Shown here: positions 36,388 to 46,810 of the stretch, piece after piece | How the letters are laid out: each line of letters starts with the position of its first letter | Numbering within the stretch: position 1 is the stretch's first letter | Origin: a virus | IMG/VR virus record: IMGVR_UViG_3300042526_000402 | Coordinates: 1 to 64,000 of that record | Reading direction: 5' to 3' (one strand) | Length of the DNA stretch: 64,000 nucleotides | Position numbers and translations under genes: made by a program | Notes under the pieces: generated by a model | Database searches by the model: none | What the model was told of the DNA's origin: nothing | Seen by the model: only the letters and a program-made list of their open reading frames with translations

Positions 36388-36885
36388 ATGAGCACAAAAG
36401 TTAAAGTTGTAGCAGATGCTACTACAGGATTGGTTATTAATCAATCAGCAAACCCATTATTTGGTTATGTTAGAGTAACTCAAATGAGAACAATAATTGA
36501 TGACAACTCATTCATGAAAAAGAAAGAGTTCTCTGCACTTATTCATGGTGATATTGAAGAATTAAAATCTGAAAACTATTATGAAGGTCAGGAATTACCT
36601 GGCTCAATCATAGCTGAAGAGTCTTTAGAGCCTTTTAGTAAAAAAGGTCCTAATAAGCCAAAAACAGCTGGTGATACAAATGTAGTATGTACATTGGGTG
36701 GTTTTCCAATCTACAGAAGAACTAAATACACAACTAAAGTAGGTGCAGAAGATATCTTGATAGCACATGACAACAAAGCAGAAGTTAAAGCTGCTTATGC
36801 TGCTGCAGAAGCTGCTAAAGCTAAAACAAAAACAATGCAACCAAATACTGAGTTTGACAATTCATCAGAAGAATTTGGTTTATAG
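36388..36885 (+). CDS. Hypothetical protein (possible ssDNA-binding)
   Basis: 165 aa; PK.AG....C..GG.PIYR.T motif; acidic tail. Confidence 0.55.
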   Translation: MSTKVKVVADATTGLVINQSANPLFGYVRVTQMRTIIDDNSFMKKKEFSALIHGDIEELKSENYYEGQELPGSIIAEESLEPFSKKGPNKPKTAGDTNVVCTLGGFPIYRRTKYTTKVGAEDILIAHDNKAEVKAAYAAAEAAKAKTKTMQPNTEFDNSSEEFGL

Positions 36886-36894
36886 TGAATAACA

Positions 36895-37383
36895 ATGAGC
36901 CTGTTACGGCAGGCTCTATTTTATGATTTAAAAATGTATATGATTATGGAAAAGCTAAAACAAGACATCAAAGATTATATGGCAAAACCTGTGAAATATC
37001 AGGATTTTGAACAAGATAAGTATAGTACTTATCAAAACTATTTGTATAAAAGAGCTCTATATGGTTTAGACTCACTATCAGTAGATGAGTTGAATAGTAT
37101 GTGCAGTAAGAAAAGGTCCCGCATAGTCAATGTGTATAACAGAGCACAAATAGTGGTAAACAACTACAAGCACAAGGTAACCAAGCAGTTAACTGATAAG
37201 TTATTATCATCACTATTTCCTAAAAGTTCACTTATAAGTGAAATCATTAGGTATGATGACATAGATTCTAAATGTAAAAACACACTTACATTCAAAGATC
37301 TGTCAATACACAAGGATCAGTTAGTTGACCAGTTTATCTTGGAAGGTGTACTACCTAAAAATTTCTTATCTTTGGAAAAATAA
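36895..37383 (+). CDS. Hypothetical protein
   Basis: ORF in the operon; true start probably downstream. Confidence 0.6.
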   Translation: MSLLRQALFYDLKMYMIMEKLKQDIKDYMAKPVKYQDFEQDKYSTYQNYLYKRALYGLDSLSVDELNSMCSKKRSRIVNVYNRAQIVVNNYKHKVTKQLTDKLLSSLFPKSSLISEIIRYDDIDSKCKNTLTFKDLSIHKDQLVDQFILEGVLPKNFLSLEK

Positions 37384-37392
37384 AAAAAACCA

Positions 37393-37602
37393 ATGTCAAG
37401 ACAAAATGATTATAAACCAGCCTTTGCATCAGTAGAGGCTGGTTACCTTCAATTAGGTATGTCCAAAAAAGAATATGTTATTAATACAGTTACACAAGGC
37501 TTATTAGCTGATGGTAAGTGGAAAGGTATTGAAGAAGGATTTGCTGATAGAATAAACGCAATAACCGAAACAGTATTAAATCTGATGGATGAAAAAGCTT
37601 AA
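37393..37602 (+). CDS. Small protein, PAF...GMSK.EY family
   Basis: Motif common in small phage proteins. Confidence 0.6.
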   Translation: MSRQNDYKPAFASVEAGYLQLGMSKKEYVINTVTQGLLADGKWKGIEEGFADRINAITETVLNLMDEKA

Positions 37603-37981
37603 AGTTTGTAGTGCCTGTCAAGAAGAAAAAGTTATCTGGAAAAATCATGAAGGTAACAAACTTTGTCAATACTGTTGGAACAAAGTCAAATCAGATGACC
37701 CTGAGTATAAGAATGTTATTCCTAAAATATCTGACAAGAAAAAGAAACAAGATGCTGAGTATTTAAAACTCCGGTATAAGTTCCTTAGTGATAACACCAT
37801 GTGTAAGGTTAGTGTTGCAGGTTGTTCAATCAAAGCAAGTGATGTTCACCATACATATGCAGGAGCTAACAGAGATGCATTCTATTTAGTACAAAGTACT
37901 TGGTTACCTGTATGTAGAAATTGTCATGACTGGATACACACACATCCAGAAGAAGCAAGAGTTATGAACTGGTTGAAATAA
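37589..37981 (+). CDS. Zn-finger HNH-type nuclease
   Basis: CxxC...CxxC; DVHH...WLPVCRNCHDWIH. Confidence 0.7.
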   Translation: MKKLKVCSACQEEKVIWKNHEGNKLCQYCWNKVKSDDPEYKNVIPKISDKKKKQDAEYLKLRYKFLSDNTMCKVSVAGCSIKASDVHHTYAGANRDAFYLVQSTWLPVCRNCHDWIHTHPEEARVMNWLK

Positions 37982-37989
37982 TTAAAACT

Positions 37990-38895
37990 ATGACTGAAAA
38001 AGAACAATTTAAAATAATTCAAGATAAGCTAAAGATTGCTAACAAAAGAACAGTAAAGCAAATATTAGCACATAAAGAGCTTTGCGAGGATATTATAAAA
38101 AGAGATGTGATATCTGAACATGAGCTGGTGGAGGAATATGAGATTCCTCAGAACCATTTGAAAAATTTAAAAACACAAGGTAAAATATCCTTTTTTACTT
38201 CTTCAGGTGAACTGAATAAAACTAACCGTGGAACTAAAGTATATTATTTTGTAGATGATGTGAAAGATTTGTTTGGATATAATATCCGCTACAATAAATC
38301 TTTTATGTTGAAAAATAACATATTTAGTAAACTTATTGTAGATATTTCAAGTAAACTTCTTACAGAAAAAGAAACTAAAATGTTAGATATGCTTCTTAGA
38401 AAAAACATTTCTATTGAAGAAATTGCTGAAGAATTTTCTCTTAGTAAGTTAAGAACTAATGAAATTGTTTCAAAAGCTGCTAGAAGAATGATTGGTAGAA
38501 TATATAACCTTCAATGCATGTTTGCTGATTATAATACAGCTCTTGATTATAAAACTGAAAATATATTACTTAAACAACAAAATAAAGAATTATACCGTAA
38601 GTTTTTAAGAAACCAAGAAGATCAAGCAAATAAAGATGCTGATTCTAATCCAATTGTTCAATATTTTATTAAAAATGGATATGATATTAAAGACTTAACT
38701 AAAGAGTTTTTGTTTCATGAACACTTATCTGTAAGAGCTGTTGGATGTTTAAGAGCAGCTGATATTAATAACATTGAGGAGTTACTTTCTTATCATAAGT
38801 CTGATCTTTTAAAATTTAGAAATATGGGTAAGAAAACTTTAGATGAAATTTGTTATTGGTTGGAATATAAGTATGACTTACAATTAAAAAATTAA
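37990..38895 (+). CDS. Transcription regulator: sigma region-4-like HTH fused to RNA polymerase alpha-CTD-like domain
   Basis: LTEKE..ML.......IEEIAEEF.LS..R..EI..KA.RR; LSVRA..CL..A.I....EL......DLLK.RNMGKKTLDEI. Confidence 0.75.
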   Translation: MTEKEQFKIIQDKLKIANKRTVKQILAHKELCEDIIKRDVISEHELVEEYEIPQNHLKNLKTQGKISFFTSSGELNKTNRGTKVYYFVDDVKDLFGYNIRYNKSFMLKNNIFSKLIVDISSKLLTEKETKMLDMLLRKNISIEEIAEEFSLSKLRTNEIVSKAARRMIGRIYNLQCMFADYNTALDYKTENILLKQQNKELYRKFLRNQEDQANKDADSNPIVQYFIKNGYDIKDLTKEFLFHEHLSVRAVGCLRAADINNIEELLSYHKSDLLKFRNMGKKTLDEICYWLEYKYDLQLKN

Positions 38896-38899
38896 AGTT

Positions 38900-40000
38900 A
38901 TGATTACAAAAGATGATGTACAAGATATTGCATTAGCTAAAACTGATGATCACAGAAGATGTACAATAGTATTAGGAACCGGTGTAGGTAAAACTAAAGT
39001 AGGTTTAAACCACATCAATAGAAATACATCTCCTCTAAACAAAGTATTAGTTGTTGCACCAAAGAAATCTATATTTGTATCATGGATTGATGATGCTGGT
39101 AAATTTGATATGGCTAATCTACTTGGTAGAATAGTATTTACTACTTATCTAAGCATAAACAAACATGATCCTAATGATTATGATATTGTTTATTTGGATG
39201 AAGTACATAGTCTTCTTGATAGTCACAGACTTTTCTTAGAGAACTTTAAAGGTAAAATACTTGGTCTTACAGGTACACCACCAAAACATCATGGTTCAGA
39301 AAAAGGTAAAATGGTTGATGAATTTTGTCCAGTAGTATATAGCTTTGAAGCTGATGATGCAGTAGAGAATAATATCTTGAATGATTATAAGATATTTGTT
39401 CACATGCTAAGTCTTTCTGATAAAAAGGATTATTATGTAAAAAACAAAAGTAATTCATTTCTTACTTCAGAAACATTAAACTATCAATACTGGTCTCAAA
39501 GAGTTGAGTCCGGAGCAGGTAATTTACAAATGCTTAGAGTAATGAGAATGCGCGCTCTTATGGAGTATCCTAGCAAAGAAAGATATACTAAGAAACTTAT
39601 TGAGAGTATTTCTCAAAAAAGTAAAGTAATTGTTTTTGCTAATACACAAGAGCAGGCTGATAAATTATCTAAATATTCATATCACAGCGGTAATAGCAGA
39701 AGTGATGAAAATCTTGAACTATTTAAAAACAGTAGTATAAACTGTCTCACAACTGTACATCAGTTAAGTGAAGGTGTTAATATTCCTGATTTGAGACAAG
39801 GTATTATTATGCATGCATATGGTAATGAGAGAAAGTCAGCACAGAGAATTGGTAGGCTTTTAAGGCTTAATCCAGATGACACAGCTGTAGTACATATTTT
39901 ATGCTATAAAAGTACTATGGATGAGCAATGGGTTAAACAAGCTTTGGAAGGTTTTGACCAAAGTAAGATAACTTATAAAACTTTTAATGTATTATACTGA
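38900..40000 (+). CDS. Superfamily 2 (DExH) helicase
   Basis: GTGVGKT, DEVH, GLTGT, EGVNIP, QRIGR. Confidence 0.9.
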   Translation: MITKDDVQDIALAKTDDHRRCTIVLGTGVGKTKVGLNHINRNTSPLNKVLVVAPKKSIFVSWIDDAGKFDMANLLGRIVFTTYLSINKHDPNDYDIVYLDEVHSLLDSHRLFLENFKGKILGLTGTPPKHHGSEKGKMVDEFCPVVYSFEADDAVENNILNDYKIFVHMLSLSDKKDYYVKNKSNSFLTSETLNYQYWSQRVESGAGNLQMLRVMRMRALMEYPSKERYTKKLIESISQKSKVIVFANTQEQADKLSKYSYHSGNSRSDENLELFKNSSINCLTTVHQLSEGVNIPDLRQGIIMHAYGNERKSAQRIGRLLRLNPDDTAVVHILCYKSTMDEQWVKQALEGFDQSKITYKTFNVLY

Positions 40001-40262
40001 AAAAAATTCCATAAATTATAGTATGGAGAATAAAACACACAAAATAATATTATTTAATGATGACAGACATGATTTCTTGTATATCATTGCTTGTCTTATT
40101 AAATATTGTAATCATGATCCTTATCAGGCAGAACAATGTGCTATACTAGCACATGGTAAAGGATCAGTAGATATTGCCTCTGGTAGTTATATGGATATGT
40201 TTGAAATGAGTAGTGCATTAGAGAATATGGAAGTTGAAACAGAAATAGAAGAGTATGTTTAA
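39987..40262 (+). CDS. clpS: ClpS-like N-degron adaptor
   Basis: IILFNDD.H.F..I...L...C.H...QAEQCA..AH.KG. Confidence 0.8.
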   Translation: MYYTEKNSINYSMENKTHKIILFNDDRHDFLYIIACLIKYCNHDPYQAEQCAILAHGKGSVDIASGSYMDMFEMSSALENMEVETEIEEYV

Positions 40263-40518
40263 AGTTGTCTGTGTCAATGACCAGAATAAACCTAAAAAGA
40301 TTCCTTTATCTGAATGGGTTGTTCAAGGTAATGTATATACTGTAAGAAGAGTTGTTCCTTTAGCACTGGGAAATAAACTAGGATTTGAATTGGAGGAAGT
40401 ATCTCTTTCTCCAGATTCTTTTCCGTATGAATACTATAGTGCTTCACGTTTTATACTATTAGAAGATGAAAAAGAAATTGCAGAACATAAAGAAGTGGAT
40501 TTATCAGAAGCTTTCTAA
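40255..40518 (+). CDS. Hypothetical protein
   Basis: KVVCVND...G..YTV...Y..SRF motif. Confidence 0.6.
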   Translation: MFKVVCVNDQNKPKKIPLSEWVVQGNVYTVRRVVPLALGNKLGFELEEVSLSPDSFPYEYYSASRFILLEDEKEIAEHKEVDLSEAF

Positions 40519-40828
40519 AAAGAAAACTTTACCACAATCAAATCAAAACTTAAAAGTTCTGATTATTGATGATGCAGATGAAACTATCACAGGTACATTA
40601 GGTATTACACCTGAAAGAAAAAATGAGTTGTATGCAATAACAAAAACAGCTTGTGATCAGGAGTCTATAACAAATATACTTGCTGAAGCAAGCATACATG
40701 TAAAACATCCTAATGAGCTTGCATTTGTATGTTTTTTAGTTGGACATAAACTTGGTAAAGGAGAAATTGATCCTTATAAAGGCATTATTCGTGCAATTTT
40801 AAGAGGTACACAACATGGGGAAGATTAA
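40466..40828 (+). CDS. Hypothetical protein
   Basis: ORF in the operon. Confidence 0.55.
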   Translation: MKKKLQNIKKWIYQKLSKKKTLPQSNQNLKVLIIDDADETITGTLGITPERKNELYAITKTACDQESITNILAEASIHVKHPNELAFVCFLVGHKLGKGEIDPYKGIIRAILRGTQHGED

Positions 40829-41118
40829 GCAAATTTACATAGACCTAATAAACTCTGGTGTTACACCTGATGGTTTATCTCTTGGAGAAGCTCTTGATAT
40901 TCTAAAACAAAAAGAGAATGAAGAAGGAGAACAATATGCCAGACAACAATCTGGTGAACAAGAAAATAGCAGAGAGGCTTGAGTATTTCAACAAGCTTGC
41001 TGAAAAAGAAAGAAAGTCTAAACAAACTAAAAATACGGGAGTGAATAAGTAGCTCAAAGCCTTGCGGATTACAACAGGGTATAGCAGGTGGGATTCCTGC
41101 ATTTTTAAAAATATTTAT

Positions 41119-41634
41119 ATGAAAATAACATTAATGTTTATTGGTATTGCTATCAGTGTAAGTGTGATAGCAAGTTTTGGAGAAAATAAAAAACTGGTAA
41201 AAGCAAAAAAGAAAATTATGATTGAAGATACTACAGAAGTAATACCTGTAGTAGACAGTACAAAGATTACAAAAGATATGCTTATTGAGTATATCCTGCA
41301 ATCTAAAATAGCACATCCTGAGATTGCATACAGTATAATCATGACTGAATCCGGAATGTGTAGTAAATTATTCAAATCAAATAACAATTTGTTTGGTATG
41401 AGACAGCCTGGTGTTAGACCTACAATGAGTAAAGGTCCTAAATATGGCTTTGCATCCTTTGAGAAGTGGCAACACAGTGTACTAGATTATAAACTATACT
41501 TGGAGTTTGTTGGTGGTCATAAGTTAACTAGAGATCAATACTTAGCACATCTAGATAGAAACTATGCACATAAAGGATACAGTTCTTACATCAGTAAATT
41601 TTTTAATGAGTTTTACAGTTACGTAAACAACTAA
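41119..41634 (+). CDS. Glucosaminidase/lysozyme-fold peptidoglycan hydrolase with N-terminal signal or anchor
   Basis: Hydrophobic N-terminus; TESG...NNNLFGM...FASF..W..SV.DY...YA. Confidence 0.7.
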   Translation: MKITLMFIGIAISVSVIASFGENKKLVKAKKKIMIEDTTEVIPVVDSTKITKDMLIEYILQSKIAHPEIAYSIIMTESGMCSKLFKSNNNLFGMRQPGVRPTMSKGPKYGFASFEKWQHSVLDYKLYLEFVGGHKLTRDQYLAHLDRNYAHKGYSSYISKFFNEFYSYVNN

Positions 41635-41638
41635 GCAT

Positions 41639-42511
41639 TTGAGTTTAATTAAGGAAGTTACCAGGAAGTCTATGATAATTAGACCTTCTGGTAGATCTAC
41701 TGATTATATATCACCGTCCTTTGGACATGGGTGTTTATATGACTGTAGTTACTGTTACATGAAAAGAAATAAACCTACAGGTTTATCTATTGCTAAAAAT
41801 CATGGAGATATATTAACTGCTATCAATGACCATGCATGGTTTGCTGATGTGGAAAAACCAAATCAAACACATGAAGAGTATATAACTTATGACATAAGTT
41901 GTAATGAAGACTTTGCTCTACATGCTAAATATCATCAGTGGGAAAGAATATTTGATTTCTTTGTTATGCATCCTAAAGCTATGGGTTCTTTTGCTACTAA
42001 GTATGTAAATGAAAAGTTTCTAAGCTTTAATCCACAAGGTAAGATTAGAATAAGATTTAGTCTTATGCCAGAAATTTATAGAAATAAGCTTGAACCAGGA
42101 ACAGATCATATTATTGATAGATTATCTGCTGTAAAAGAGTTTCTTGATGCGGGTTATGAAGTGCACTTAAATTTCAGTCCTGTTATTGTTACTGCAAATT
42201 GGCTTACAGAATATAAAAACTTATTTTATGATATATCTATTATAGCTTTGTCAAATCGTTGGGCTGATGACAGAGTAAAAGCTGAGGTAATATTCTTAAC
42301 TCACAATGTAGATAAGCACTATGCTAATATTGCTAATAATCTTCCGGGAGAAAGTTTGCTTTGGAAACCAGAAATACAAGAGATGAAAATATCTCAGTAT
42401 GGAGGTGCTAACTTGAGGTATAATTATACTCTTAAAGCAGATTATATTGAACAGTTTAAGCAATTACACGAAGAGATAATCCCTTGGAACACAATTAGAT
42501 ACATATTTTAA
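41639..42511 (+). CDS. Spore photoproduct lyase-like radical SAM enzyme
   Basis: GCLYDCSYCY (CxxxCxxC), FATK, RIRFSL.P, LEPGT, AGY.V..NFSPVI. Confidence 0.8.
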   Translation: MSLIKEVTRKSMIIRPSGRSTDYISPSFGHGCLYDCSYCYMKRNKPTGLSIAKNHGDILTAINDHAWFADVEKPNQTHEEYITYDISCNEDFALHAKYHQWERIFDFFVMHPKAMGSFATKYVNEKFLSFNPQGKIRIRFSLMPEIYRNKLEPGTDHIIDRLSAVKEFLDAGYEVHLNFSPVIVTANWLTEYKNLFYDISIIALSNRWADDRVKAEVIFLTHNVDKHYANIANNLPGESLLWKPEIQEMKISQYGGANLRYNYTLKADYIEQFKQLHEEIIPWNTIRYIF

Positions 42512-42522
42512 ATTAAAAGATT

Positions 42523-45410
42523 ATGATTTTAAAGAAACTAGGAACAGAGTATAAACTCTATGAAGAAGATGCCAGTTGTATAGCTACAACTCAAGAGTCA
42601 CCACATAAAAGATTATCTAAGGAGAATTGTGATGAGATATTTGGAGTGATTGATGTTGAGAAGTTGGCTAAAGAATATGCTAAAAAAGCAGATGATATAA
42701 GTGCAAAATACAGTGGAAAAGTATTTGGAGATAATAATTCTACACCTTTTAAAGATGGCTTCCACAAAGCAATGGAACTTAATAAAGATAAGTTGTTTAC
42801 TGTTGAAGATATAAAAAGATTTGTAAGATGGGGAATACATCAGGCATATCTTGAAGATATCTATGATACAACTCATCTTGAAAAAGCAACAGTTGAAATA
42901 TGTAATCAACTTATAGAAGTCATCCAACAACTAACAGAAATAGAGGTTGAGATTGAGATGTGGTTTCATGGAACTAGACATGAAAAAGGTAAATGGATTG
43001 AAAGATTAGATGAAAATGGTTGTTTAATACTTAAAAAGAAATAAGATGAAACAAGAAACATTAGAAGAAGCTGCTCAAAACTATAGTGTAACATTTATAG
43101 AAGATGATGGAACAGCAGAAGTAGATTTTATAGCTGGTGCTAAATGGCAAGCTGAAAGAATGTATAGTGAGGAAGAAGTTGAAAATATTTTATTTAGATA
43201 TGCAGAAGAAGAACATGCTTGGTTTTCTTGTAAATCAGAAATAGATTCATTTAATGAATGGTTAAAACAATTTAAAAAGAAATAGTATGAGAAAATTTTT
43301 AGAAGCTATTAATGACTATCCAACAACAAGTGTTTTACTTGTGATAGCTTTAATAGCTATTATAGAAGTAATCAAAAGAAAATAGTATGACACCTGATAT
43401 ACCCTTACTATTTCAAAAAACAGTTCTGCAAGTAGAGTATAGAACTTTGTCAAGAGTAAGAGAAGAGTTTCCAAAGAAATCTAATCATAAAGCTGTTGTC
43501 TATGTTGAAAAGGAAATGACAAGAGTTATTAATGAGCTAGATTCTATTAACCATCAGTTAAATTTAAAATGAGTGACAATCAGATTATTAATGATAAGTA
43601 TAATACCAAGTACCGTAGATATAGTACTAATACACTCTTAGAGTCTTTAAAGAAGTTTGATAAAGACTCTGAGATTTATTTAATTATCATGATGATTCTT
43701 GTAAAAAGAATTTCAACTAAAGATAGCTATTGTAATGCAGCTATTATTCAGTTACAAAAAGAAAGGCTGGAAAAGCTTAAAGATAATAGAGTACACTTTG
43801 GTTCAAAAGATGAAGCTTATTTTACAGAAGAAGAAATGCTAAAAGAATATGTAGCACCTACTTATGAAGAATTAAGTCCTGAAGAACAAAAGCTTTATGA
43901 CTATGATGATGAAGTGTTTTACCCTGAAAATTATTTCCATGAATAAAGAAGATAGAAAATCAGATTATGTATGTGTAAATTGTGGAGTATCTTTTCTTAC
44001 AGAAGAACAAAAAGATAAAGCAAGAATTTGTACATTTTTTATTGATAAGTGTGGGTTATGTGGTAAAGAAGATCCTGTCACACATATTAGAAATTATAAC
44101 TATTTAAACAAAAAAGATGAGAAAGTTAATAAAGCTGATTAAGCAACTGACATGTAAGCATGTATACATAGATCTTAGAAAAATAGGATTTGAAAGATGC
44201 ATAGACTGTGGTAAAGAAAGAAAAAATGGCAGAGTATGAAAGCAACATTTGAATTTGACATGAATGATCCAGAAGATATGATGGATCATAAAAGAATGAG
44301 TAATGCTCTTGGTATGGCTTTAGTACTATGGGAACTAAAAGTCAATGTAAAAAGAAAAATAGAGTATATGATTGATTTTGATACTTTATCAGGTCAAGAA
44401 ACTCTAGATAGAGTATTTGAAATGATTGGAGAATTAATGGAAGACCAGGGTCTGAATATAGAAAATTTAATACAATAAGTTATGGTGAGTAATATATCTG
44501 AAACTGATGTGGTAGTGGTAGCTAACAGCATCAAAAAAAGTTTAACAACTGAGCAAGTAAATCAAGTTCTTGCTATGTATGCAGATGAAGAAGAGTCTGA
44601 TCCTTCAGCTACTTGGAATCTTATTGTAGAGAATTGTATTTATCAAGTATTACGGCCATGAAAAGGTTGTTCTATAGGATAGCTGAGGAGTTCAGGTTAT
44701 TAGTAATATTACTTGTATATGGGAAACAGTGATATAAAGGCTGATGTTGGTAAAGAAGTATTGTATTTAGCAAAAGATCTTCTTAGAGATCATACTAGTA
44801 TATCTCAATGGTTAAATTCTGATATAAATTATATTTTATTTAAGCATCAAGTAAATATGACAAGACCAAGATATGACTTTCTTAATAAGAAAGAATGGTT
44901 GTTTGTATATAAACTTGAGCTTAATTTACTGCAGTTCTTAGAAATAATTTCTCAAGAAGAAAATAATAGAATTTTTGAAATGCTTTTAGCTAATGAAGAT
45001 GATATTTATATAGCTGTTTTAAGTTTAAAACAGTTTTGGAACACCCGAAGAGATACATATGCTGTTTTATTAGGTCACCAGATTTCTAATGAAGACTATA
45101 CATCTAAGATTGCAACACCAGAGTTAATGATGTTTAAAATGAAAAACAAATTATGAAAGAGCAAGATTTAATTGATGCTGGATTTACTAAAAGAATTGTT
45201 ACAAAAGAAGAAAGTGGAAATAAAGAAGACTTTTATTACTATTTTCTTGAAGTATTAGATGGTATTACTTTAGTATCTGATGCTACTGTAGAGATTGAAG
45301 GAGATCAATGGACTGTAGACTGTTTTGAAGTAGATAAAATACTTATTACAGAACCAGAACAATTGTTTAATTTTCTTGAAACTATGAAAATATGTACACA
45401 GGTAAATTAG
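42523..45410 (+). CDS. Run of small hypothetical genes (42523-43044, 43046-43285, 43387-43572, 43569-43946, 43897-44142, 44236-44478, 44482-44661, 44713-45156, 45153-45410)
   Basis: Closely packed ORFs; 44482-44661 translated by hand; 43897 has two CxxC; 43046 has FIAGAKWQAERMYSEEE. Confidence 0.55.
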
Positions 45411-45766
45411 TAAAGAAAGATGGTAAGCTAACATATGCACATCCAAAGGATAAGTTGGCTTATGAAATTTTTGTAGGAAAACTTTCTGAAGGTCAGGAAA
45501 TAGAAATGTATATTGATCTTGCTAATGCAGATCATAGCAGAGCACAAATTAATAAAGTGCATGCTTGTATTAGAGAGTTAGCCAAAGAATCTGGCTATAC
45601 TTTTGAAGAAATGAAGAAGATTGTGAAAGAAAGATCTGGTCTTTGCTACACAGACTCAGAAGGTGAGTTTTGCAAATCATTTGCAGAGTGTAGTAAAGAC
45701 CAGTTGATGCTTGCTATAGAAGCTTGTATTGAAGTAGGAGTTGAATTAAATGTTAACCTTCAGTAG
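45392..45766 (+). CDS. NinB/Orf-like protein
   Basis: S.AQ...H....ELA...GY..EEMK..VK...KSFA.CSK..L..AIE. Confidence 0.5.
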   Translation: MYTGKLVKKDGKLTYAHPKDKLAYEIFVGKLSEGQEIEMYIDLANADHSRAQINKVHACIRELAKESGYTFEEMKKIVKERSGLCYTDSEGEFCKSFAECSKDQLMLAIEACIEVGVELNVNLQ

Positions 45767-46064
45767 GAGCAACATATCCTTCATCTGTTGGCTCCAAGAT
45801 TTCTTTCTCAGCAGTTAAGTTTTGTTTTTCAGCTTGTGTTTCAATCTCAGCAATCATTAAACCTACTGTTTGAAGATTTCTTTGAGTTTCATTTAACTGA
45901 TCATAAGTTTTTTCAAAACTGTCTTTAATATACTGAGGATCTTTATTCTCATTTAACAGTTGTTGAGTTAATGAATAAGCAAGGTTTTTAACCATAAAGT
46001 AGTATGTTTTATTAACTACTATACTTACTAGAGCATCATCTTTAAGTTCTTTTACTTTTATCAT
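45753..46064 (-). CDS. Hypothetical protein, lone minus-strand gene in the plus-strand arm
   Basis: 103 aa; fills the gap, with an AAAACAACCAAC leader like those of the 4232 and 6975 genes. Confidence 0.65.
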   Translation of the reverse strand: MIKVKELKDDALVSIVVNKTYYFMVKNLAYSLTQQLLNENKDPQYIKDSFEKTYDQLNETQRNLQTVGLMIAEIETQAEKQNLTAEKEILEPTDEGYVAPTEG

Positions 46065-46096
46065 GTTGGTTGTTTTAAAAATACATTTGTAAAATT

Positions 46097-46810
46097 ATGA
46101 AAGAAAAACTAGATTTAGACAAAATTGTAGACAAATTATATGAAGATTTGGTTCCTTCTGGATGGGCCAGAGTTTTGAGATCTTTTATGTATAGTTCTGA
46201 TTTCAAAAATATACTTCAAACACTTGCACAAGAAAGTGGAGCTGATAAAAGATTTACTCCACCTATCAAAGATGTATTCAGAGCTTTTAAAGAATGTCCT
46301 TATGATGAACTTAAAGTTGTAGTTGTAGGACAGGATCCTTATCCAAGCATTAACATTGCTGACGGTATTGCATTTAGCTGTAGTAAAACAATGAAGTTAC
46401 AACCAAGTTTAAAGTTTATGTTAGATGAAGTAAACAGGACTGTTTATAATGGAGAGTATATTAGTAATAGTCCGGATTTAACCAGATGGGCAAATCAAGG
46501 TATACTCATGCTTAATACAGCTCTCACAACTCAAATAAATAAAGTTGGTGTACATTATAATATATGGAAACCATTTTTAAATTATCTTTTTGATTTCTTA
46601 TCAAATTATAATAATGGATTGGTGTATATTTACATGGGGAAAGAAGCAAGTACTTGGGCAGATAGTCTTAATGACAATTGTTATAAGCTATTCTGTGCTC
46701 ACCCAGCATCTGCTATTTATAACAAATTCAGAAGTTGGGACTCTAAAGATGTATTTCCTACAGCACAAAAAATAGTACAAGAAAACTATAACTATTCAAT
46801 TATTTGGTAA
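46097..46810 (+). CDS. ung: Uracil-DNA glycosylase (family 1)
   Basis: VGQDPYP, ADGIAFS, PSL, WANQG.L.LNTALT, HPA. Confidence 0.92.
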   Translation: MKEKLDLDKIVDKLYEDLVPSGWARVLRSFMYSSDFKNILQTLAQESGADKRFTPPIKDVFRAFKECPYDELKVVVVGQDPYPSINIADGIAFSCSKTMKLQPSLKFMLDEVNRTVYNGEYISNSPDLTRWANQGILMLNTALTTQINKVGVHYNIWKPFLNYLFDFLSNYNNGLVYIYMGKEASTWADSLNDNCYKLFCAHPASAIYNKFRSWDSKDVFPTAQKIVQENYNYSIIW

